Source of the DNA: an uncultured archaeon
Lineage (GTDB): Archaea > Iainarchaeota > Iainarchaeia > Iainarchaeales > 0-14-0-20-30-16
Assembly: GCA_964565725.1 (NCBI GenBank)
Contig: CAZMGA010000006.1
Span: 1 to 32,000 of the forward strand
Reading direction: 5' to 3'
Length of the DNA: 32,000 bases
A program made the position numbers and the translations under genes. A model generated the notes under the pieces. That model had not been told where the DNA came from. It saw nothing but the letters and a program-made list of their open reading frames with translations, and made no database searches. Shown here piece after piece: positions 1 through 8,305 of this stretch; the stretch's first letter is position 1; the number at the start of each line of letters is the position of its first letter.

Positions 1-1787
1 GAGTGCGTAACAGCTCACCTTTCTAGATAAAGGGCGCCAAAAATATACGGGACTAAAGCTAACTACCGATACCTTACAAAACGTAGAATTACGTTATTTG
101 ATAGACAGGTGTCCGCATAGGGTAGAAGCTGGGTCGTAAGATCCAGTGGACCTGTGTGGAATATGGATCCTCGCGGTAGTAGTAAAATGAAGAGTGAGAA
201 TCTCTTCCGCCGAAAGGGCCAGGGTTCCTTAGCGCTGATATTCAACTAAGGGTTAGTCGATCCTAAGTTCCATCGTAATACGATTAAGAACGAAAGGGAA
301 ACAGGTTCATATTCCTGTACCATATAAGTATGTTTCTGGTAACAAAAGGGTTCCATTTGACAGATCTAACTAGGAAGAGTGTCCTTGTCTGGGCATTTAA
401 GTCTTATACAAGCTTGGAGTGTTGTAATGACGAGAAGAGCTTTAAAGAGGTTATGAGGCGCAAGCTTTTTCTGAGGTTAGGTTTCAATGAAAAGAATGGT
501 ATCAAAAATCTTATATGATCGTACCGATATCCGGGAATGGTGCCCCTGGTTTAAAAGACCAAGGCGAAGCGGAATAAACTAGTTAAGGGAATTCGGCAAA
601 TTAGCCCCGTATCTTCGGTATAAGGGGTGCCTATGATTGTGTAAATCGTAGGTGACACTAACAAAGGGGGTCCGACTGTTTAGCAAAAACGTAGATCTCT
701 GCAAGTCTGTAAAGATTAGTATAGAGGTCGACTCCTGCCCACTGCCAGTACGTGAAAAACCGGTTCAACGGTTCTAAGCGCTGGTAAAGAGCGGACCTAA
801 CTCTGAGGTTCTTAAGGTAGCGTAATACCTTGTCGGTTAAATGCCGACTTGCACCAACGGAGTAACGAGATCCCCACTGTCCCTAACTAGCATCCGACGA
901 ACACACTTTGTGGTGAATATGCCACATAATCCCAAAGGGAGGCTAAGACCCCACGGAACTTTACCACAATCTGATATTGTTTTGTGATTTTTTCTGTGCA
1001 GTATAGGTAGTAGTTTTCGAAGCAGTTTCGCTAGGAATTGTGGAGACGAAATTTGAAATACTACCCTGGAGAGATTACAAAACTCACCTCGAGAGAGGGA
1101 CATTTTTAGAGTTGGTGGTTGGACTGGGGCGGTACTCCCCTGAAAAGGTATCAGGGGAGCTCAATGGTCTGCTCAGGAGTGTTAGAAACACTCTTTAGAG
1201 TGCAAAGGCAAAAGCAGGCTTGACAGTGTTTCGCACAGTAAGAAACGCTGATACGAAAGTAGGACTTAGCGAGCGTTAGTACGCTGTTTCTGAGCGTCTA
1301 GTCTGACAGTGAAGCTATCCTGGGGGTAACTGATTTGTCGCGAGCAAGAGTACATATTGACCTCGCGGTTTGATACCTCGCTGTCGGCTTATGGCATCCT
1401 GGTTGTGCACAAGCAGCCAAGGGTGGAGGGGTTAACTCATTAAAGCCGTACATTAGCTGGGTTAAGAACGGTGCGAGCCAGTTTGTTTGATATCTTTTGG
1501 GATTGTTGATTGTCTGAGGGGAAGATCCATTTAGTACGAAAGGAACAGTGGGTCGTGGCCTCTAGTGTACCTGTTGTCTGACAAGGCATTGCAGGGTAGC
1601 CACGCCATAGCAGATAAGTGCTGAAAGCATCTAAGCACGAAGTTGTCCCTAAAAATAGACAGTTACTCACAAAATCGCAAGATGGAGTGACTACTTCTCC
1701 CGTAGAACACGGGTTTGATAGGTTAGGAGTGTAAGTAAGAAGCTTTACTGCGACTTATTCAGCTTACTAATACTAATTGAGGTAGGA
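1..1787 (+). rRNA. rrl: 23S (LSU) rRNA, 3' ~1.8 kb; the 5' part lies upstream of the window
   Basis: Recognisable LSU blocks: GTGCGTAACAGCTCACC (1-19), CTTAAGGTAGCGTAATACCTTGTCGG (811-836), AAGACCCCACGGAACTTTAC (945-964), sarcin-ricin loop TAGTACGAAAGGAAC (1532-1546), GTGCTGAAAGCATCTAAGCAC (1618-1638). GC is much higher than in flanking DNA. The 3' end is estimated by eye at ~1785-1790, where composition drops to AT-rich spacer. Confidence 0.95.
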
Positions 1788-1935
1788 TTTAAATATATAA
1801 AAACTTATTAAGGATTTTAAAAGACAAATTTTGGTCAAAACTATAACTTAAGTAATAATTTTAGAGATTTTTCTATTTTTTTAAATAATATAATAATTTA
1901 TAAAATAATACTTTTAAATAATACATTTAATTGTT

Positions 1936-2589
1936 TTGTTCAAACATAAATATAAATTTAATTATTATATTATTAATATTTTTATATTTATTAAATTTTT
2001 ATTTTTAAATATAACAGTACAATTTTTTTTATTTTTTTTAATGATAGGTATACCATTTTGGGCTGAATATTATTTATTTTTAAAAAATAAAAAGAAAAAA
2101 ATATTTAGTAAAAAACAAATCATTCTTTTTTTAAATAATTTTATTGAAAAATATAACTTTAAAAATTTTAATTTTAAAATTTTTTTGAATGCTATTTTTA
2201 TTGGTTTAATATTGTTTTTAATTAATGTATTATTTTCTACTTTTGCATATTATTTACCAATAGGGGATTTAGAAAACATATCTAATAATTTATTTAATGA
2301 TTTTTTAATTAATCCTTTATTAATGATTTTATATTTATTTATTTTGGCATTTGCTGAAGAATTTTTCTTTAGATTATTTTTAACAACTTATTCTGGTATT
2401 TGGATATCTTCTTTAATTTTTGCTTTATTACATTTTTCATATAATTCTTTTTTTGAAATTATTGGTGCTTTTATATTAGGTTTAATATTAGCAAAAACTT
2501 GGAAAAAAACAAATAATTTTTATGTTGTTTGGATAGCCCATTTTTTACAAAACTTGTTAGTTATTATATGTTTTTTTATTTTTAAATAG
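1936..2589 (+). CDS. CPBP-family (CAAX/Abi-type) intramembrane glutamic endopeptidase
   Basis: Polytopic hydrophobic protein carrying the family motifs AEEFFFR (EExxxR), FALLHFSYN and WIAHFLQN. The TTG start at 1936 is uncertain; the first ATG is at 2041. Confidence 0.75.
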   Translation: MFKHKYKFNYYIINIFIFIKFLFLNITVQFFLFFLMIGIPFWAEYYLFLKNKKKKIFSKKQIILFLNNFIEKYNFKNFNFKIFLNAIFIGLILFLINVLFSTFAYYLPIGDLENISNNLFNDFLINPLLMILYLFILAFAEEFFFRLFLTTYSGIWISSLIFALLHFSYNSFFEIIGAFILGLILAKTWKKTNNFYVVWIAHFLQNLLVIICFFIFK

Positions 2590-2783
2590 TATATTATAAA
2601 AATTATCTTAATTCTGAAAAATCTTTGCTTTTTTTACTTTTTAAATTCTTAGGCAAAGTATTTAAAATTCTTTGAGAATTATTTTTATAATTTTTTTTTG
2701 AAACAATTTCATGTTTTGTAAACATACCATAATAAGAAAAAAAAGTTTATATATTATTATCTTTTCAGAATGAAAAGATTAAA

Positions 2784-3137
2784 TTATAATTTAATCATTT
2801 TCAAATCTTTAATAACAGGTATTTCCCATTTTTCTTTTTGTGTTGCTTTTACTATTGATACTATAATTACAACTACGAAAAAACACCATATTATTGCAAA
2901 TATAATTCCAAAAATTCCAAAAGTTAGTTTTGTTAATATAGCACTTATAAAAGACAAAATTATTTCTAATAAAAATAGATTTAGTCCTTGTTCTAAATGG
3001 AATTTAATAAATTCTGTTTTTTCTTTATTTGATATTATTAATAAAGGAATTAACACTAAAAAACCTAAATAGGATAAAATTGCAGTCATAAGTTCATTAT
3101 TGCTTAATTCTTTTGATTCATTTTTTTTAGTAACCAT
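2784..3137 (-). CDS. Small integral membrane protein (DUF4870-like, tentative)
   Basis: 117 aa with about 3 hydrophobic helices. The pattern ILSYLGFLVLIPLLI..KFHLEQGLNLFLL resembles DUF4870-type proteins, recalled from memory only. The ATG start lies downstream of a divergent AT-rich promoter region. Confidence 0.45.
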   Translation of the reverse strand: MVTKKNESKELSNNELMTAILSYLGFLVLIPLLIISNKEKTEFIKFHLEQGLNLFLLEIILSFISAILTKLTFGIFGIIFAIIWCFFVVVIIVSIVKATQKEKWEIPVIKDLKMIKL

Positions 3138-3236
3138 AAATATACCTCTTAAAATATTAATATAATATTTAAAAGATATTTAAATATCTTTTGTTTTTAT
3201 ATTTGTATAATTTATTCTTTAATTTTATGTGATAAT

Positions 3237-4223
3237 ATGAAATATATTTTAGGTATAGAAAGTACAGCACATACTTTTGGTATAGGTATTGTAAATGATA
3301 AAAAAGAAATTTTAGCAAATATTAGAGATACTTTGACTGTAGAACAAGGTGGTTTTTTACCGAGAGATGCTGCTGAACATCATTATAATTTGGCAGTTAG
3401 TTTATTAGAAAAAGCTTTGGATACTGCAAAAATTAAATTAAAGGATATATCTTTAATTTCTTTTTCTCAAAGCCCTGGAATTGGACAATGTTTACAAGTA
3501 GGTGCAAATTTTGCAAGATATTTATCATTAATTACAAATAAGCCAATTATAGGTGTAAATCACTGTTTAGCCCATATAGAAATAGGTAAAATAACTACTG
3601 ATTTAAAAGATCCTTTAACTATTTTTGTTTCTGGCGCAAATACTCAAATAATTGCTTACAAAAATAAGAAATACAGAATTTATGGTGAAACTTTAGATAT
3701 TGGTTTAGGAAATGCTTTAGATCAGTTTGGTAGAGCATTAAATATTGGTTTTCCGGCAGGTCCTGTTTTAGATAAAAAATATTTTTTAGGTGAAAATTAT
3801 ATTGATTTGCCTTATACTGTAAAAGGTATGGATTTGGCTTTTTGTGGAATTTTAACTTCTGCAAAATTAAAAATTGGAAAAGTAAATGAAAATGATTTAA
3901 TATTTAGTTATTTGCATACTTTGTATTCTATGCTTTTGGAAGTTGTAGAAAGAGCTGTATATTATGCCAAAAAAAAAGAAATAATGGTTGTTGGAGGAGT
4001 TGCAGCATCAAAAGCATTAAGACAAATGTTAGAATCTCTAGTTGAACAGAGAAATTTAAAATTAGGTTTTGTGCCTTTAGAGTTTGCTGGTGATAATGGC
4101 GCAATGATTGCTTGGCAAGGTTATTTACAATATTATAAAGCTAATGAAAGATTAGAATATGCTGATTTGAAAGTAGACCCTTACAAAAGATTAGATTCAA
4201 TTAAAATTAATTATATAAAATAG
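3237..4223 (+). CDS. kae1: Kae1, tRNA N6-adenosine threonylcarbamoyltransferase (KEOPS catalytic subunit), not fused to Bud32
   Basis: N-terminal ILGIESTAHTFGIGIV, metal-binding GVNHCLAHIE (HxxxH), C-terminal VVGGVAASKALR and AGDNGAMIAW. The 328 aa length is typical. Confidence 0.9.
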   Translation: MKYILGIESTAHTFGIGIVNDKKEILANIRDTLTVEQGGFLPRDAAEHHYNLAVSLLEKALDTAKIKLKDISLISFSQSPGIGQCLQVGANFARYLSLITNKPIIGVNHCLAHIEIGKITTDLKDPLTIFVSGANTQIIAYKNKKYRIYGETLDIGLGNALDQFGRALNIGFPAGPVLDKKYFLGENYIDLPYTVKGMDLAFCGILTSAKLKIGKVNENDLIFSYLHTLYSMLLEVVERAVYYAKKKEIMVVGGVAASKALRQMLESLVEQRNLKLGFVPLEFAGDNGAMIAWQGYLQYYKANERLEYADLKVDPYKRLDSIKINYIK

Positions 4224-4748
4224 CATATTCTTTTTTGTTTTTCTTTTTTATTTCTGATTTTGTTAAACCATCTAATTCGTGAGGAAATACTAGCCATGCT
4301 TTTGTTTTATGTAAATAAAAATCTGGACTTATATTTGTTATATTTTTGCTAGGTTTGTAATAAATTGTAGCTATTTTTAAATTAGGATTTTTTTTAGATT
4401 CTTTAATTTTATTAACTATTACATTTAATGTTTTTCCAGAATCAAAAATATCATCAACAATTAATAATTTTGTTTTAGAATTTAATTTTTTTATTAAATC
4501 TGGAAATTCCTCTATTTTTATTTTAGTTTGATTATTTATACCTCTGTATGATTCTGTTCTTATTGCTTTATGAAATTTTATATCTTTTCCTGCATATCTA
4601 AATAACTCGTGAATTACTATTCCTACAGGTGTACCTCCTCTTCACAAAGCAATTAAGATATCTGGAACATAATTAGAATCTAATATTTTTTTGCTAATTT
4701 TAAAGATTTTAAATATAAATTATTTGCACTAATAAATTTTTTTTCCAT
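4207..4748 (-). pseudogene. Type I phosphoribosyltransferase (purine/xanthine-guanine PRT-like), disrupted by a frameshift in an A7 run and an in-frame TGA
   Basis: Hand translation of the minus strand. ATG at 4748 gives MEKKFISANNLYLKSLKLAKK, then TAG (4682-4680) directly after the A7 run (T7 on + strand, 4686-4692). The frame offset by one base continues ILDSNYVPDILIAL, then TGA (4644-4642), then RGGTPVGIVIHELFRYAG...KTKLLIVDDIFDSGKTLNVIV...KAWLVFPHELDG, ending at TAA (4209-4207). VDDIxDSGxT is the PRPP-binding loop. The gene is absent from the ORF track because no in-frame start follows the TGA. Confidence 0.75.
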
Positions 4749-4798
4749 ATATTATATACATCTTATTTATTAATATTTTTGTTGTTATTATTATTTAT

Positions 4799-5359
4799 AT
4801 GCCTTCAAAAACGCCTACAAGTGTTAAAAAACCAAGAGTTAAAAATCCTAACACTACTTTAAAAAGAACTGTAGGAAAAATGACTCCTGAAAGATTAAGA
4901 GAATTAGAAAAAATTGTTTCACTAGAAAAAGCTAAAAGACAAATAAGAAAACAAAAAAGAGTTGAGTTTTTAGAATCTTTAAAAAAAGGAAATACTACTT
5001 TAACTCCTGATCAAATATCTGAACTGGAAATGTTAGAAAAGGAAGAAGATATATCTTCTGGAAGATATAATGAAAGAAGAAAATCTAGAACTCCACCAAA
5101 GACTTCTGAAACTTTAACAATAGATCATTTAAGAGTAATAATGCAAGAAAAGTTAAAAGAATTTGATTTAGAATTTCAAAAACATTCTAATTTAACATCT
5201 GTAGAAAAAGCAAATTTTGCTTTTGATAAAATTTTACAATTAGAAGGGGTTGAAAGATTTTTATCTAATTATCCTGGTCAAGAAGGTATGTTAAAAAAAT
5301 ATATTTTAGTATTTGTAAAAAAACATTATAATTTAGAAATAGAAAAAAATTACGGATGA
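4799..5359 (+). CDS. Hypothetical protein with a very basic Lys/Arg-rich N-terminal half and a helical C-terminal domain
   Basis: 186-aa ORF, first gene of a tightly packed co-directional cluster. AT-rich TATA-like sequence lies upstream. I recognise no motif. Confidence 0.5.
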   Translation: MPSKTPTSVKKPRVKNPNTTLKRTVGKMTPERLRELEKIVSLEKAKRQIRKQKRVEFLESLKKGNTTLTPDQISELEMLEKEEDISSGRYNERRKSRTPPKTSETLTIDHLRVIMQEKLKEFDLEFQKHSNLTSVEKANFAFDKILQLEGVERFLSNYPGQEGMLKKYILVFVKKHYNLEIEKNYG

Positions 5360-5368
5360 GTGATTTAA

Positions 5369-5818
5369 ATGCCAACTATGCAACCAAGAATTTCTTCAAG
5401 TAATAGTAGAGGTACTAGAACTACTAAAACTTTACATGATGCAAGAAGTGATAGAAGTAAAAGTGCAATTGAAAAAATAAGGAAAAGAAAATCTACAAAA
5501 GCAAAAACTCCTGAGGAATTAAAAAGAGAAAAAGAAATTGAAAGAGCAGTTAAAAAATTTAAATTAGATTTAGATAAAAAAGAAAAAAGATTACTTTCAG
5601 AATGGAAAAAATTAACTGAAAATAAAACTTTTTTGGATTATGTTAAACAATCAATGGAAGATAGCACAACATTAACATATAATTTAACAAAAAGATTAAT
5701 TAATGAAGATTTTAAAGTAATTTTTGAAGGTTTGCCTCTTAAAATTAAAAGAGATTTTTCTAATAAATTATCTAATTTAATATATAATTTTATCAATAAT
5801 TATAGGAATTCTTTATAA
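5369..5818 (+). CDS. Hypothetical basic Lys/Arg/Glu-rich protein
   Basis: 149-aa ORF starting 9 nt after the previous stop, with GAGTGAT SD-like sequence upstream. The architecture resembles the preceding ORF (basic N-terminal half, helical C-terminus). Confidence 0.5.
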   Translation: MPTMQPRISSSNSRGTRTTKTLHDARSDRSKSAIEKIRKRKSTKAKTPEELKREKEIERAVKKFKLDLDKKEKRLLSEWKKLTENKTFLDYVKQSMEDSTTLTYNLTKRLINEDFKVIFEGLPLKIKRDFSNKLSNLIYNFINNYRNSL

Positions 5819-5887
5819 TTAGATATATTTATATGCTTTATTACTTTATTTTATAAATTAAATAATATTTAAATTGAAGGTGATTTA

Positions 5888-6253
5888 ATGGTAGGTATAT
5901 TTGAAGTAGAAACAATAGAATCAAAATGGGTACCTCCTTTTGATAAAAAAATATTGTCAAATATTTATTATGTAAATGAAAATGATTTATTTGATGTTGA
6001 AGAACATATAAATGAAGATGTTTTTGGAGTTGAAAGTTTAAATTCTGATGTGGCTATAATAAAATTTGATAGAAGATTTATTGTAAAAAAAGGAATTTAT
6101 TCATCAAATATGGATATGGTTGGACCTCAAACTATAAAATTACATTTAGGTAAACCTGTAGAATTAAGTTTTATGTGGGGTAGTTTTGGAATAACTAAAA
6201 AAATTACTTATCAAGGTATAGGTAAAGACCAAAATTCAGACAAAAGTGAATAA
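5888..6253 (+). CDS. Hypothetical protein (acidic, beta-rich)
   Basis: 121-aa ORF with a strong SD (GAAGGTGAT) 5 nt upstream of the ATG. Its stop TAA directly abuts the pth2 ATG. Confidence 0.55.
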   Translation: MVGIFEVETIESKWVPPFDKKILSNIYYVNENDLFDVEEHINEDVFGVESLNSDVAIIKFDRRFIVKKGIYSSNMDMVGPQTIKLHLGKPVELSFMWGSFGITKKITYQGIGKDQNSDKSE

Positions 6254-6601
6254 ATGGAATATAAACAAGCAATAATTATTAGACATGATTTGGGTATGCA
6301 AAAAGGGAAAATAGCTGCCCAAGCATCTCACGCTTCTTTAAGTGCATATTTAGAAGCTTTAAGAATTAGTCCAAAGGTAGTTGAAGATTGGATATCATAT
6401 CAAAAAAAAGTAGTTCTTAAAGTTGAAAATGAAAAACAAATTTTAGATTTATTTATGCAAGTAAAAAAAATATTACCTTGCGCTTTAATAAAGGATGCTG
6501 GTAGAACACAAGTAGAACCAGGAAGTATTACTGCTTTAGGTATTGGGCCAGCATTAGAATGTGAAATTGATAAATATACTAAAGATTTGAAATTATTGTG
6601 A
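6254..6601 (+). CDS. pth2: Peptidyl-tRNA hydrolase, archaeal/eukaryotic type (Pth2)
   Basis: [53 protein letters not shown] and a C-terminal LKLL. The 115 aa length is typical. Confidence 0.9.
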   Translation: MEYKQAIIIRHDLGMQKGKIAAQASHASLSAYLEALRISPKVVEDWISYQKKVVLKVENEKQILDLFMQVKKILPCALIKDAGRTQVEPGSITALGIGPALECEIDKYTKDLKLL

Positions 6602-6605
6602 GAAT

Positions 6606-7259
6606 ATGAATTTTTATAATAGGCATAAGATTTATTTTATTTTAATTATAAGTTTACTTTGTATAATTCCTATATTAATATTATACTTTTCTTTTATGTC
6701 ACCAGGATTAAATATTGAAAGTAATTTAAATTTAGATGTTGTACCTAATTTAGATATTAATTTAGAAAATAATTCAAGTCATATTATAGAAAATATAACT
6801 ATTTTAATAAATAATAAATTAGTGAATAAAATTGATGTTTTATATCCCAATGATAAAAACAATTATAATTATTTGATTAACGAAGATAATATAGTTTTAA
6901 CTATTTATTCTAAACAACATAGAGTTTATTCTAGAGAGTATAAGTTAAATAAATCACAATTAAATCAAAATATTTTAGAATATTCTCCAACATATTTTTT
7001 TAATAAAATAAATAAAGTTTCGGATTTTAATTTAGAAATTTGTAATAGTTATAATTCAGAAAATTATGTTGTAGAAATCATTACAGATGGAGAATTAATT
7101 TCAAAAAATGCTAAAAAAGAAGTAAATATTAATAAAGATGAATGTATTAATTTAGAATATAACATAATATTTAATACACAGGGTTCAAAAAAAATTAAAT
7201 TTAAAATTTATAATGATGTTTATGTTAAAGAATTATTAATAAGTGGAAATGTTAATTAG
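6606..7259 (+). CDS. Hypothetical N-terminally membrane-anchored, Asn-rich beta-rich protein (probably extracellular)
   Basis: 217 aa. One N-terminal hydrophobic helix (IYFILIISLLCIIPILILYF) is followed by an N/I/L-rich non-hydrophobic domain. The ORF sits 4 nt after pth2. Confidence 0.5.
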   Translation: MNFYNRHKIYFILIISLLCIIPILILYFSFMSPGLNIESNLNLDVVPNLDINLENNSSHIIENITILINNKLVNKIDVLYPNDKNNYNYLINEDNIVLTIYSKQHRVYSREYKLNKSQLNQNILEYSPTYFFNKINKVSDFNLEICNSYNSENYVVEIITDGELISKNAKKEVNINKDECINLEYNIIFNTQGSKKIKFKIYNDVYVKELLISGNVN

Positions 7260-7267
7260 TGATATTT

Positions 7268-7891
7268 ATGGATGATAAGCAAAAAAGTATTGTTACAATA
7301 ATTCAAAATATGTTATCTCAAGGTGAAAATGCAGATAATATATTATTAAATTTAAAACAAATGGGTGTTCCTGAAGATCAAGCAAAAACATTATTAATGA
7401 TTGCTCAAACAAATACTTTGGCTGTTTTAAAAGGGGAAGTTAAAAATATTGTTTCTGAAGAATTTGATGAAAAATATCCTAACTTTGAAGAAAAGTTAAA
7501 AGAAAACATTAATGATAAAGTAAATAAAACAGAAACTATTATTAAAAAAGAAGTATTTGAAACATTAAATAATAAAACTAAAGAATTTCAAACAGAACAA
7601 CAAAAATATGTTGATAAAATAGTTAATGTGTCTGTTCAACAAGATTCAAAAATACAACAAATTCAAAATAAATTAAATGAATTAGGTTCTAATTATGATA
7701 AATTAGCAATAGGTTCCACAAAATCATTTTTTTATTTAAGAATTGCATCTTTTTGTATAGGTATAATAATTGCTATATTTTTAATATATAAATTATTTAC
7801 TTTAGTACCAGGTTATTCAATAGATTACTTATTATTCTACATAATAGCTGGTTTAATTGCAACTATATTAATAGTATTAGGATTAATGTAA
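7268..7891 (+). CDS. Hypothetical coiled-coil protein with a C-terminal pair of TM helices
   Basis: The ORF track starts at GTG 7259; the first ATG is at 7268 (MDDKQKS). It has a helical N-terminus, a Q/K/E-rich coiled-coil (QQIQNKLNEL), then FFYLRIASFCIGIIIAIFLIY and LLFYIIAGLIATILIVLGL. Confidence 0.5.
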   Translation: MDDKQKSIVTIIQNMLSQGENADNILLNLKQMGVPEDQAKTLLMIAQTNTLAVLKGEVKNIVSEEFDEKYPNFEEKLKENINDKVNKTETIIKKEVFETLNNKTKEFQTEQQKYVDKIVNVSVQQDSKIQQIQNKLNELGSNYDKLAIGSTKSFFYLRIASFCIGIIIAIFLIYKLFTLVPGYSIDYLLFYIIAGLIATILIVLGLM

Positions 7892-7916
7892 AATTAAAAA
7901 TAGGATATTTTTAATC

Positions 7917-8213
7917 CTATTTATATTTTTCAATTAATTCTCTAATTTTAGGTTCAGGATAAGCCCCAACAAACATATCTATAGGTTCTTTGTTTTTATA
8001 AAAAACTACAGTAGGTATAGACATTACTCCTAAATTTTCAGCAATTTGTTGTTCTAGATCTACATTTATTTTAATTAATTTGATTTTATACTCATCACAT
8101 AATTTTTGAAGTACTGGTCCTAATGCCTTACAAGGCCCACACCAATCAGCAAATAAGTCTACTATAATTAAACCAACTTTACTTTGTTCTATTACTTCTT
8201 TATCAAAATCCAT
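7917..8213 (-). CDS. trxA: Thioredoxin
   Basis: WCGPCK active site in the context FADWCGPCKALGP, and cis-Pro context MSIPTVVFYK. 98 aa. Confidence 0.9.
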   Translation of the reverse strand: MDFDKEVIEQSKVGLIIVDLFADWCGPCKALGPVLQKLCDEYKIKLIKINVDLEQQIAENLGVMSIPTVVFYKNKEPIDMFVGAYPEPKIRELIEKYK

Positions 8214-8305
8214 ATTTATCCCTCAATTTATTTTTTTATTATATTTTTATATTATTATATAAATATTTAATAACCCTTTTTATATTTTTGTGTTTGTTTA
8301 TATTT

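Noticed and set aside
63-1670. Four ORFs from the track (63-245 minus, 330-518 plus, 837-1103 minus, 1440-1670 minus)
   Set aside because: All lie inside the 23S rRNA gene. Their products have no protein-like motifs, and the region is explained by conserved LSU rRNA sequence blocks.
2770-3072. 100-aa plus-strand ORF
   Set aside because: It is antisense to, and almost fully overlapped by, the 2784-3137 minus-strand membrane-protein gene. That gene has a better start context and a coherent TM pattern, so this is a shadow ORF typical of AT-rich DNA.
3619-3864. 81-aa minus-strand ORF inside kae1
   Set aside because: It is antisense to a confidently identified conserved gene, and its product is low-complexity.
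4642-4644. Possibility that TGA encodes Trp (genetic code 4-like) in this organism, which would rescue the PRT gene
   Set aside because: All long conserved genes here (mcm, valS, glyS, ftsZ, deoA and others, roughly 9,000 codons) are free of in-frame TGA and encode every Trp with TGG. An AT-rich code-4 genome would use TGA heavily. Pth2 also ends at a TGA exactly at its canonical ...LKLL C-terminus. In addition, the PRT gene needs a separate frameshift repair.
8288-8305. TTG start extending MCM by six residues (MCLFIF)
   Set aside because: There is no SD, and the extension is hydrophobic and unlike MCM N-termini. The ATG at 8306 is the simpler start.
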